Below, piece by piece: positions 1 to 8,663 of a DNA stretch of 64,000 nucleotides. This stretch comes from Phycisphaerae bacterium (lineage in GTDB: Bacteria; Planctomycetota; Phycisphaerae; SM23-33): contig JBDKRA010000017.1 in assembly GCA_039683615.1 (NCBI GenBank), positions 266,235-330,234 on the forward strand, in the 5' to 3' direction. Below the pieces are notes generated by a model. It was not told the DNA's origin and did no database searches. It saw only the letters and a list, made by a program, of their open reading frames with translations. Made by a program: the position numbers and the translations under genes. The stretch's first letter is position 1. Every line of letters begins with the position of its first letter.

Positions 1-73
1 GAGCGTTCGCCTTCATGACCCTTCGCCGCCGCGCCGCCGGGTCCAGGCACTGACACCGCATCGTCACCGTGCG

Positions 74-1930
74 TTATTCGCTGGGCGTTGCGGCCTCGTC
101 GGCCAGTTCCCGCTTCAGGCTGGGCGTCACTTCGGTTTCGCCCTTGGCGGTCAATTCGACGACCTTGTATCCGCCTTTGGCGCGGAAGTAGACGATCAGG
201 CCGATATAACAGAACGCCATGATGACCGGCAGCAAGGCGATCTGCTTCATGGCATCCTGTTTCCCGATCGTCTGGGCGTCGGTGATCCGGGCCAGATCAG
301 CCTTGGCCGCATCGAGCGCGCCGTCGGAGAGAATCAGACTATTCTCCTTGAGAGCCTGGACCATCTGCTCGAGCGAGGCATTCTCGCCCGCCTTGCCAAG
401 GGGCTTGTAGCTCAGGGCGACGAGGTCGCGATAGTCCTTGTCGGCGGCGCCGTTCTCAGGCGGGCTGGCCAAGTCGACTTGGTTCTTGAGGATCTTGACC
501 TGCTGGGCATTGAGCGGGCGGTACTCGCCCAGGAAGCTGCTCTTGGGACTGTCGACGTACTTGCTGTAGATGGCCGGTTCGCTCTTGAGATTCTTCTCGA
601 TGCTGGAATCCTGTATCCAGCCCAGCAGCGGCCCGCCGATGATCCCCACGCCCAGCATCCCCATCCCGCCGATGGCGTTGATGGTCAATGCCCCGCCCTT
701 GGGGAAGCGCTCGGCCACCACGCCCAGCGTCACCGGCCAGAAGTAGGCCTGCCCGACTCCATAGATTGTAGCCGTCAGAAGAATCCACCAAGCGGCGGTG
801 GCATCGGAGAGCAGGTACAGTCCCGCTGCGGCAAAGAGCGAACCGCCCAGCAGCACGCCCAGGGGCTTGAGCGCCTTCACGATCGGGCCGATGACGAATC
901 GCAGGATCATCATCAGCGTCGCGGTGTAGATGAGGATCCATCCGCCTTTCATGCCCAGCTTCCTCATTGCCGGGTCGCGAAGTTCGGTGATCCAGCCGTC
1001 GGTGCCCAACTCAGTGATGGCCAGCATGATCATTACCAGCAGCAGAAAGATGTACATCGCCCGCCCCAGCGAGCGGGTGTAGATCAGGTACGACACCACC
1101 GAGACGATGATGACGCCGTAGACGATCACATCGACCCAGATGAAGGAGATCGAGAACGCCGAAAACGCCTCACGATTCAGCGTCGCCACCGGAGACAGGA
1201 CCACGCGCCCGATCTCTTTCATGATCATGTACAGCACGATCAGCGCGCCCAGGGCGCCGGCTTCCTTGAGCATGTCGCGATACGGCACGCCGGCGGCCAC
1301 GCGCTCATTGACCGGGAACTTCGCCCTGAGCATCAACAGTCCGTAGGCGATCGTGGGCAGCAGCAGCAGGGCGACCTTGGCCTGCCAGGCCGCAACGGTC
1401 CAACCGGCAAGTTCCAGGACGTGCCGGTCGCCCATGGACAGGATGATGATGCCGCCCAGCACGATGCCTCCCGGCCACGCGGCGTGGAGGATGCTGAGCA
1501 TCTTGGTCTTGTTGTTGGGGAACAGGGTCGCCACGGCCGGGTTGATGACCGCCTCGATCGTGCCGGCCGCCAGGCCGCACAGGCACGCGCCCAGGTACAG
1601 ATGCCAGTACGTCGTGGCGAAGATCGTCAGGGCCACTGACGCCACGTGGCATAGGAAGGCGAAGATCATGCTCTTGCCGTAGCCGATGCGGTCGATGATG
1701 AGGCTGAACAGGACGATGCTGATCCCGAAGGGCCAGAAGCCCGCGCCGATGATCTCGCCCTGCTGGGTCGGGCTGAGATTAAACGTCTTGCCGAGCTCGC
1801 CGATGACGAACCCTCGGATGACGAACGCCACCGAGGTGGCCACGAGCGAGACGAAACACGCCACGAACAGGAACTTCTCATGCCCGGGACGTTCAAGCGA
1901 TCGCGGGGCGTCAATGGCTGCGGTTGACAC
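74..1930 (-). CDS. MFS transporter (sugar-type) with an extra soluble loop before the last TM helix
   Basis: 618 aa ORF with about 12 hydrophobic segments, motif A-like IIDRIGYG and second-half VAERFPKGG. Confidence 0.85.
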   Translation of the reverse strand: MSTAAIDAPRSLERPGHEKFLFVACFVSLVATSVAFVIRGFVIGELGKTFNLSPTQQGEIIGAGFWPFGISIVLFSLIIDRIGYGKSMIFAFLCHVASVALTIFATTYWHLYLGACLCGLAAGTIEAVINPAVATLFPNNKTKMLSILHAAWPGGIVLGGIIILSMGDRHVLELAGWTVAAWQAKVALLLLPTIAYGLLMLRAKFPVNERVAAGVPYRDMLKEAGALGALIVLYMIMKEIGRVVLSPVATLNREAFSAFSISFIWVDVIVYGVIIVSVVSYLIYTRSLGRAMYIFLLLVMIMLAITELGTDGWITELRDPAMRKLGMKGGWILIYTATLMMILRFVIGPIVKALKPLGVLLGGSLFAAAGLYLLSDATAAWWILLTATIYGVGQAYFWPVTLGVVAERFPKGGALTINAIGGMGMLGVGIIGGPLLGWIQDSSIEKNLKSEPAIYSKYVDSPKSSFLGEYRPLNAQQVKILKNQVDLASPPENGAADKDYRDLVALSYKPLGKAGENASLEQMVQALKENSLILSDGALDAAKADLARITDAQTIGKQDAMKQIALLPVIMAFCYIGLIVYFRAKGGYKVVELTAKGETEVTPSLKRELADEAATPSE

Positions 1931-2085
1931 GGTTGTTCCTTTCCAGAAAGTTTCACCCGGGAGCTGCGCGTCGGAACCGGCGCCCGCACCTGCCCGAAAA
2001 AGACTGCAAAAAATCTACCCGCCCCGGCGGCTCGCGACAAGCCCCTTTTCTGCGGCCTTTGAGGATGCGACGAACGGGGGGGGGG

Positions 2086-2249
2086 AAATCACAAGCACCA
2101 ACCACCAGGCACCAAATCCCAAACAAACATCAAAACCCAATGACCAAGGAAACAACAACAGCCAGACGGATCGATCCCGCCGCATGTTTGGATATTGGAG
2201 CTTTGAATTTTGAGTTTGTTTGGATTTTGGGGCTTGGGATTTGGAATTT
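2086..2249. repeat. Inverted pair of degenerate heptamer tandem arrays
   Basis: Left arm aaatcac-aagcacc-aaccacc-aggcacc-aaatccc-aaacaaa (from 2086); reverse complement of right arm aaattcc-aaatccc-aagcccc-aaaatcc-aaacaaa (ends 2249). Confidence 0.8.
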
Positions 2250-2373
2250 GCGCCAGCGTCGATAAGGTACGCTACTGGATGATCCACTACACTGGCATGG
2301 CCCCTCCGCCCGCGGCGCGGTATCATAGACATGTGACCGCACCATTTTCTTTGGGCGGCCCGCTAAAATTCCG

Positions 2374-2398
2374 GGAACATTGTGGCAGATCATGCGTC
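2374..2398 (+). promoter_or_regulatory. Putative ECF sigma promoter GGAAC-N16-CGTC
   Basis: GGAAC at 2374-2378 and CGTC at 2395-2398 with a 16 nt spacer, at the 5' end of an ECF sigma gene. Confidence 0.6.
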
Positions 2399-3053
2399 AG
2401 ACATATTGGCCGGAAAGATAACCGCCCAGCCCGCCGTAGCGGCGAGCGACGAGGCGATCTCTTTCGAGGATGCGGACCTGGTGGCCCGCAGCCGCAAGGG
2501 CGACATGCAGGCCTTCGGCTCGCTGGTGTCGAAGTATCAGCACCGCGTGTTCAACGTGATCTTTCGGATGGTGGGCCGGAGGGCTGACGCCGAGGAACTG
2601 GCCCAGGATGTGTTCCTCAAGGCGCTGGAACGGCTGAGCCAATTTCGAGGGCAAAGCAAGTTTTACACGTGGCTGTTTCGTATCGCGGCGAACCTGGCGA
2701 TCTCCCATCGACGCCGCGACGGGCGGGTAAAGTTCCAGTCGCTGACGCGATGCGACAGTGACGGCGACGACGCGGGGCAGGCCGAGGAGTTGACGGCCGC
2801 CATCGCCGGGCGGCGCGTGCTGGACCCCCACGACGGGGCCAGCGGCGGCGAGATCAACCGCATCGTGGCGGCGGCTGTGGAAGAGCTGGAAGACGAGTAC
2901 CGCGTGGTCGTGGTGCTGCGGGACGTTGAAGATCTGGATTACGCGCAGATTGCCGAGGTGCTGGAGCTGCCGGTGGGCACGATCAAGAGCCGCCTGCACC
3001 GCGCACGCTGCCTTCTGCGGAACCGATTGACGAAGCTGATCGAACCATCATGA
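2382..3053 (+). CDS. ECF RNA polymerase sigma factor
   Basis: Region 2 DAEELAQDVF...FYTWLFRIAAN and region 4 YAQIAEVLELPVGTIKSRLHRAR; true start may be slightly downstream (TTG 2406). Confidence 0.92.
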   Translation: MADHASDILAGKITAQPAVAASDEAISFEDADLVARSRKGDMQAFGSLVSKYQHRVFNVIFRMVGRRADAEELAQDVFLKALERLSQFRGQSKFYTWLFRIAANLAISHRRRDGRVKFQSLTRCDSDGDDAGQAEELTAAIAGRRVLDPHDGASGGEINRIVAAAVEELEDEYRVVVVLRDVEDLDYAQIAEVLELPVGTIKSRLHRARCLLRNRLTKLIEPS

Positions 3054-4861
3054 ACAAGCGTGATGAAATCTCGAACGACCTGTCGGCGTACCTCGACGGC
3101 GAGCTGAGCCCCTCGCGGGTGCGGCAGATCGACGAAGTGCTGGCCTACGACAAGGACCTCGCCGGCGAGCTCGCACGCCTCAAGGCCACCCGCTCGCTCG
3201 TGCAGCAACTGCCCCGCGAGCAGGCGGCGGCGGACTTCGTCCGCCACGTGCTGGCCCGCACCGAGCGCACGCATCTGCTGCCCGCCTCGGCCACCCGGGC
3301 GTACCGCTCGATGCGCTGGATCACCTATGCCGCTGCGGCGGTGGTGCTGATTACCGTCGGGGTCGCCGCGGTGATGACCGTCAACACCGGCCAATACGCC
3401 AGGCTCAAGCAAGGTCCGCAGAAGCTGGGTGAGCTGGCCCGCGCGCCGGAAGAATCCGATAGACAACCCCCGCGGATGAAAGCCGCGCCCGCTGCGCCTC
3501 GAGGGGCCAGCAAAGACGGCGAAATCGAAGATCTCAAAGCGCCGGCGCCGGTCACAACGTTGCCCCCCCAGCCAGGACAGATCAAGAACGACCTGCATCG
3601 CGACCTGGCGCGGGGCGAGCATGGCTTGCCCGAATCTTCCGGCCGCAAGAAGAGCGGCGCGGGTGAACTTGCCGCAACGCCGGCGAGCGTAGCCCCCTCG
3701 GCAGAGGCCCGCGCTCCGGGGGCCGCCGGCCCCGAAGTCGCCGCCAAACAGGCGCAGCCGACAGCGAAGGGAAGACCCCATGACGCAAAGGAAGTCGCGC
3801 AGCGCGCGAAGGCCGTTAACGCGCCCGCCGACGCCCCGAGCGGAAAGCTCGACGCAAGCCGCGTGGCAGGGGGAGCACCCGCCGCGCCGGATGGTCCGGC
3901 GCCCGAACCAGGGGGCGAGCAGGTCGCTGCTTTAGAGAAGAACAAAGGCGCCTTGCGCAGCGGCGAGAACTGGAAGGGCGAGCAGAGCATCGCTCCGCCC
4001 GACGAGCCCGCTCGCCAGGCCGTCGGCCAAGACAAGGCCGCCGGGACGCAGGCGGGTGTTGCCGCCCAGGGCGAGAGCCTGCCGGCTAACAACGTCATCA
4101 TCAATACTGCGAGCCTGGCCGTGGCGCAGCGCGACATCGAGAACGCCATGGTCCGCAACGGCGTGCGACCGCTGGTCGTCAAGGAACAGCGCAGCTTGGG
4201 CGCAGCCACTATCGGAAACTACTACCTCACCAACATCAATAACAGCCGCCAGGTGCAGTACGAAGCCTTCGTCACGGCCGACCAGCTCTCGCGGCTGCGG
4301 GGCGAGTTGAGCGTTATCCGCGCCCAGCAGGATGTGCCTCAGGTGGCGGTCGAACCGGCCCCGCCTGCCCAACAGGCGCAGAAGTCGCAGCAACAGCGCC
4401 AGGATTTCAACGACCGGAACTCGTATGACTACTCGAACGCCGCCCACGCCGCTGACCGCCCCCAGACCAAGGCGGCCGAGGGCAAGGCCCCGGCGACGGA
4501 GGACACCGTGATCGCCGATGCGCCGCCCATGCCGCTGACGCAAGCGGCGGCTGCAAGACCGGAAGAGCCCAAGAAGAAAGCCGCCACCACGCAGCCGGCC
4601 GCTGGCGACGCCGTCATGAAGCAGCTTGACGAGATCGCCGCCCAGGAGGCCCGCGTCCTCAACCCGCTCAACCAGAACACGCTCAACAACAACGCCCGCG
4701 AGCAGACCAACCTGTTCCGCCTGGTGGTGACGCTCAACGGCAAGATGGCCGCCGGCCAAGCCCAATTTGAAGACGCCCGAGCCACCCAACGCCAAGCCCC
4801 CGCCTCCAGCGCGGCCCAGCAGGACATGTACAAGAGTCTCAATCCCCCTGGGAAACAGTGA
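3050..4861 (+). CDS. Anti-sigma factor with one TM helix and a long Ala/Pro/Gln-rich extracytoplasmic region
   Basis: ATGA overlap with the sigma gene; N-terminal LSAYLDGELS anti-sigma motif; TM segment ITYAAAAVVLITVGVAAVM. Confidence 0.8.
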   Translation: MNKRDEISNDLSAYLDGELSPSRVRQIDEVLAYDKDLAGELARLKATRSLVQQLPREQAAADFVRHVLARTERTHLLPASATRAYRSMRWITYAAAAVVLITVGVAAVMTVNTGQYARLKQGPQKLGELARAPEESDRQPPRMKAAPAAPRGASKDGEIEDLKAPAPVTTLPPQPGQIKNDLHRDLARGEHGLPESSGRKKSGAGELAATPASVAPSAEARAPGAAGPEVAAKQAQPTAKGRPHDAKEVAQRAKAVNAPADAPSGKLDASRVAGGAPAAPDGPAPEPGGEQVAALEKNKGALRSGENWKGEQSIAPPDEPARQAVGQDKAAGTQAGVAAQGESLPANNVIINTASLAVAQRDIENAMVRNGVRPLVVKEQRSLGAATIGNYYLTNINNSRQVQYEAFVTADQLSRLRGELSVIRAQQDVPQVAVEPAPPAQQAQKSQQQRQDFNDRNSYDYSNAAHAADRPQTKAAEGKAPATEDTVIADAPPMPLTQAAAARPEEPKKKAATTQPAAGDAVMKQLDEIAAQEARVLNPLNQNTLNNNAREQTNLFRLVVTLNGKMAAGQAQFEDARATQRQAPASSAAQQDMYKSLNPPGKQ

Positions 4862-4931
4862 TCAGTAGCCAGTAGCCAGTAGCCGGGGGAACCGGTTCCA
4901 GCCGGTTTCTGATTACTGATTACTGATTACT
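4856..4931. repeat. Inverted heptamer arrays (CAGTAGC)n / (CTGATTA)n between convergent genes
   Basis: cagtgat-cagtagc-cagtagc-cagtagc ... ctgatta-ctgatta-ctgatta with a central aaccgg...ccggtt palindrome; overlaps both stop codons. Confidence 0.8.
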
Positions 4932-5461
4932 TTCACTTCATACTGCCCAAAGTCTGTCAGGTCGATCCCCATATCCCGCGACTCGGTCACGTAGAACGAC
5001 GCGCCCTTGCCGGCGCCGGGCGCGATGCACTCGCCGTGGGGCACGCCCTTGAGCATCGTGAAGAAGCTCACCTGCGGGTCGTTGTACTTGACCTTGAGGC
5101 ACACAAAATCGTCGGCCGTCAGCCGCCCCGCCGCGATCTTTGCCGCCAGTTCCTCGCGCATGCACAGGGCCACCACCAGGTACATCGCCCGCCAGCCGTT
5201 GTCGCCGAGCATGAGGAACTCTTCATTGTCGACATGCGTCCCAAACGCCGCCAGCGACTCGCGATTGACCGTTACGGCAATAAGCTTGTGCGGCCCCAGC
5301 GACTCGGCGGCCTCATAGATCGACTCGCCCAAAGTCTCCCCCGCCCCCGCCGCCAACTCATGCCGCCCCGGCGCCAGGCGAATGATGAGCTTCCTGTCCT
5401 CCAGCATCTGCATGACCGCCGCTGTCATCTCGACAGGCTTGAGCACGATAGTCTTCGCCAT
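4913..5461 (-). CDS. Hypothetical protein, possibly cupin-like metal-binding
   Basis: 182 aa with host-like codon usage; THVDNEEF and PHGE motifs. Confidence 0.6.
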   Translation of the reverse strand: MAKTIVLKPVEMTAAVMQMLEDRKLIIRLAPGRHELAAGAGETLGESIYEAAESLGPHKLIAVTVNRESLAAFGTHVDNEEFLMLGDNGWRAMYLVVALCMREELAAKIAAGRLTADDFVCLKVKYNDPQVSFFTMLKGVPHGECIAPGAGKGASFYVTESRDMGIDLTDFGQYEVKVISNQ

Positions 5462-5493
5462 GGTGGATTCCTATTCTAGGCGCGGGACAAGGC

Positions 5494-5799
5494 TTAGATC
5501 CAACTCGATCCATCTTCTGTCAAGTGCGGATGGAACTCAATGAGGTGGTAAAGCAAGTATTGAGACAGCTTTTTCCCGCAATGTGGGCATGCATGATCCC
5601 GCCTTAAAATCTGACCGCAACCTGGGCAGTATAGTTTAGAGATATCCGCTCCAACCTCAACGGTCGCGCGTGGCTCTTCGATCGGATACTGCTCTTTCAG
5701 CTTTTGCTGAAAATGAACAGACAGCTCCATCTTGCCCTTTTCACAGGACAACTTCCCGTCCTTGTCTACCAATATTCGACCACACTTCGGACAATACAT
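5494..5799 (-). CDS. Small Cys-rich double zinc-ribbon protein
   Basis: CPKC, CPGC and CPHC motifs; RBS ggag upstream; lower GC than neighbours. Confidence 0.65.
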   Translation of the reverse strand: MYCPKCGRILVDKDGKLSCEKGKMELSVHFQQKLKEQYPIEEPRATVEVGADISKLYCPGCGQILRRDHACPHCGKKLSQYLLYHLIEFHPHLTEDGSSWI

Positions 5800-5836
5800 A
5801 GCGTCTCCTGGGCAGCATGGAGTATATGCATTTTTA

Positions 5837-5868
5837 GGACACGCACAACGGAGTTGTGCGTGGCACCC
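5837..5868. repeat. Palindromic repeat (family B), inverted copy at 21217-21248
   Basis: ggacacgcacaacggagttgtgcgtggcaccc matches the reverse complement of 21217-21248 with one mismatch. Confidence 0.8.
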
Positions 5869-5990
5869 AAGCGGGTTGTTTCCACTTCTCAGGTTCGCTT
5901 GGTTGACGATCTTGGCGGCTATCCGGTTGGTTTGGCTCCGGCCGCGCGGTATTATTCCCGGTTACGCGCTGGGGCGCTGAGGATGACTTT

Positions 5991-8654
5991 ATGGCCGCGA
6001 AGAAACATGTGCCTGCGTACAAGAATCCGGACTTGCCGCCCGAGTGGCGGCTGGATGATTTGATCGTCCGGTTGACGGTCGAAGAGAAGATCTCGCTGCT
6101 GTCGGAGACGGCGCCGGCGATCCCGCGGCTGGGGTTGCGGCCGTACAACCACGGTAACGAGGCGCTGCATGGGGTGGTTCGGCCGGGGCGGTTTACGGTG
6201 TTTCCGCGGCCGACGGGATTGGCGGCGACGTTCAACCCGGCGTTGATCCGCGCGATGGCGTCTGCCGTCAGCGACGAGGCGCGGGCGGGGCACAATCGCA
6301 ATCGCGGGCGGATGATCGGCGGGGACTTCGGCGGAAAGTACAACGGGCTGCTGACGTTCTGGTCGCCGGTGGTGAACATGGTTCGCGACCCGCGCTGGGG
6401 GCGCACCGGCGAAACCTACGGTGAAGACCCGCTGCTGACGTCGCTGATGGGCAGCGCCTTCGTGCGCGGCCTCCAGGGCAGCGGGAAATACATCAAGGCC
6501 GTCGCCACGCCCAAGCACTACACCGCCAACAACGAAGAGCACAACCGCTTCAGTTGCAAGGCCGTGATCCCGCAGCGGTGGCTGCGAGAATACTACCTGC
6601 CTGCGTATCGTGCGTGTGTGGCGGCTGGGGCGCAGTCGCTGATGGCCGCGTACAACGCCGTCAATGGCGTGCCGTGCTCGGCGAACCACTTCCTGCTGAC
6701 CGAGGTGCTGCGCGAGCAATGGGGCTTCGACGGATACGTCGTGGGCGACCTGAACTCGGTGCCGCTGGTGATGAGAGGCCACCACTACACCGCAACGCTC
6801 GAGCAGACGGCCGCGGCGTGCCTCAAGGCCGGACTGGACCTCGACAGCGGGTTCCTCTGCTACCCGGCCCTGGCGCAGGCGCTGGCCGATGGCATGGTGA
6901 ATATCCGTGATATCGACCGGGCAGTCTATCGCATTTTACAAGGCCGCATGCGACTGGGCCTGCTGGACCCGCCGGCGATGGTGCCGTTCAACCGCATAAA
7001 GCCCGACGTGATCGGCTGCCGCAAGCATCAGGCACTGGCGCTGAAGATCGCGCGGCAGTCGATGGTGCTGCTGAAGAATGCACCGGTTGTGTGGCACGGG
7101 CGTCTCGCCCGTGCAGGCAAGAGCATGGGCGAGACGCCCATGCCACACAACAAGGCGCCGCTGTTGCCGCTGGACAATTCCAGGATCAAGTCTATCGCCG
7201 TCATGGGCCCCAACTGCCTGACGTACAAGCATCATCATTACAGCGGCGAGCCGCTCAACGAGCCCATCACGCCGCTGGCGGGGATCATCGCCGCGGCTGG
7301 CAAGAGCGTGAAGGTCACGCACGTGCCGTGGCTGAGCCTGGACGCCAAGGGCTTCATGGTGATCCCGGACATGTACCTGCGCCCCGCCGGCGGCGTCGAG
7401 ACGCAGCAAGGCCTGGCGGGCGAGTACTTCCACAACCACGACCTGCAAGGCAAGCCCGCCGGGCGGCGGGTCGACGCCCGCATCGAGTTCCACCGCGCCG
7501 ACCAGCAGCCCGACCCGATGTTCGCCAGCACGCCGCTGTCGATCCGCTGGAGCGGCACGCTCAAGGCACCCTCGGCAGGCGAATATCAACTCGCGGTTAC
7601 CTGCGGCGGCGGCGTGCGGCTGCACGTTGACGGCCGCACGATCATCGACAATTGGGACAAGCGCGAAGCCGGCCGCGACGCGGCCGCGGTGACCTTCGCC
7701 GCCGGCCACGAGGCCGCCATCGTCCTGGAGTATCGCGACCTGCCCGACCGCCGCGTCGAGGAGGGCGTGACGGCGGCAGTGAAGCTCGAATGGCTGCCGC
7801 CGGCCGGGGCGATGGCTCGCCGCAGCGATCCGTACCTGGCTGCCGCAGCCGCGGCCGACGTGGTCATCGCCGTGCTGGGCACCAATGTGCAGTACGCCGG
7901 CGAGGGGCGCGACAAGTTCACGCTGGACCTGCCGGCCGAGCAGGAGCGGTTCATCCGCCGCGTGGCGCGCGTGAACCCGCGCACGATCGTGGTGCTGGTC
8001 AACAGCGAGCCGCTGGCGATCAACTGGATCGACCGCAACGTGCCGGCCGTGCTCGAGGCGTGGTTCCCCGGCGAGCAGGCCGGGCGGGCCATCGCCGACG
8101 TGCTCTGGGGCAAGCACAACCCGGCCGGGCGCCTGCCGATGACTTTCTACAAGAGCACGGCCCAACTGCCGCCGTTCAACAATTACGACATTGCCCGCGG
8201 CCGCACGTATATGTTCCTGCACGACAAGCCGCTCTACGCCTTCGGGTTCGGCCTGAGCTACACGACATTCGCGTATTCGAGCGTGGGGCTCAGCCGCGGC
8301 AGCGTTTCGCCGGGACAGCGCGTCATCGTCAGCGTGCAGGTGACCAACGCCGGCGGGCGCGACGGCGAAGAAGTGGTGCAGCTCTACGTGTGCAACCGCC
8401 GCTCGCGCGCGCCCCAGCCGGTCAAGCAGCTCAAGGGCTTCAAGCGAATAGCGATCAAGGCCGGGCGCACGGCGAAGGTCGATATCCCGCTGGCGATCGA
8501 CGATCTGGCATGGTGGGATGAGCGCGCGGGCGAAGAAGGCCGGTGGGTCGTCGAGGGGGGGGCTTATGAAATCATGATCGGCGCCGCCAGCGACGATATC
8601 CGCGCGCGGGCGACGTTGAACGTCGTAAACGCGACGGGTCAGGCGAGAGAATAG
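5991..8654 (+). CDS. GH3 beta-glucosidase/beta-xylosidase with PA14 and Fn3-like domains
   Basis: EALHGV, RDPRWGRTGETYGEDP, KHY, LREQWGFDGYVVGD, PA14 insert (SIRWSGTL), PLYAFGFGLSYTTF, QLKGFKRI. Confidence 0.93.
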   Translation: MAAKKHVPAYKNPDLPPEWRLDDLIVRLTVEEKISLLSETAPAIPRLGLRPYNHGNEALHGVVRPGRFTVFPRPTGLAATFNPALIRAMASAVSDEARAGHNRNRGRMIGGDFGGKYNGLLTFWSPVVNMVRDPRWGRTGETYGEDPLLTSLMGSAFVRGLQGSGKYIKAVATPKHYTANNEEHNRFSCKAVIPQRWLREYYLPAYRACVAAGAQSLMAAYNAVNGVPCSANHFLLTEVLREQWGFDGYVVGDLNSVPLVMRGHHYTATLEQTAAACLKAGLDLDSGFLCYPALAQALADGMVNIRDIDRAVYRILQGRMRLGLLDPPAMVPFNRIKPDVIGCRKHQALALKIARQSMVLLKNAPVVWHGRLARAGKSMGETPMPHNKAPLLPLDNSRIKSIAVMGPNCLTYKHHHYSGEPLNEPITPLAGIIAAAGKSVKVTHVPWLSLDAKGFMVIPDMYLRPAGGVETQQGLAGEYFHNHDLQGKPAGRRVDARIEFHRADQQPDPMFASTPLSIRWSGTLKAPSAGEYQLAVTCGGGVRLHVDGRTIIDNWDKREAGRDAAAVTFAAGHEAAIVLEYRDLPDRRVEEGVTAAVKLEWLPPAGAMARRSDPYLAAAAAADVVIAVLGTNVQYAGEGRDKFTLDLPAEQERFIRRVARVNPRTIVVLVNSEPLAINWIDRNVPAVLEAWFPGEQAGRAIADVLWGKHNPAGRLPMTFYKSTAQLPPFNNYDIARGRTYMFLHDKPLYAFGFGLSYTTFAYSSVGLSRGSVSPGQRVIVSVQVTNAGGRDGEEVVQLYVCNRRSRAPQPVKQLKGFKRIAIKAGRTAKVDIPLAIDDLAWWDERAGEEGRWVVEGGAYEIMIGAASDDIRARATLNVVNATGQARE
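7086..7151. repeat. REP doublet (family A) inserted in frame in the GH3 gene
   Basis: gttgtgtggcacgggcgtctcgcccgtgc-N8-gcatgggcgagacgcccatgccacacaac; 66 bp inverted repeat. Confidence 0.85.
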
Positions 8655-8663
8655 AGGCCCGCC

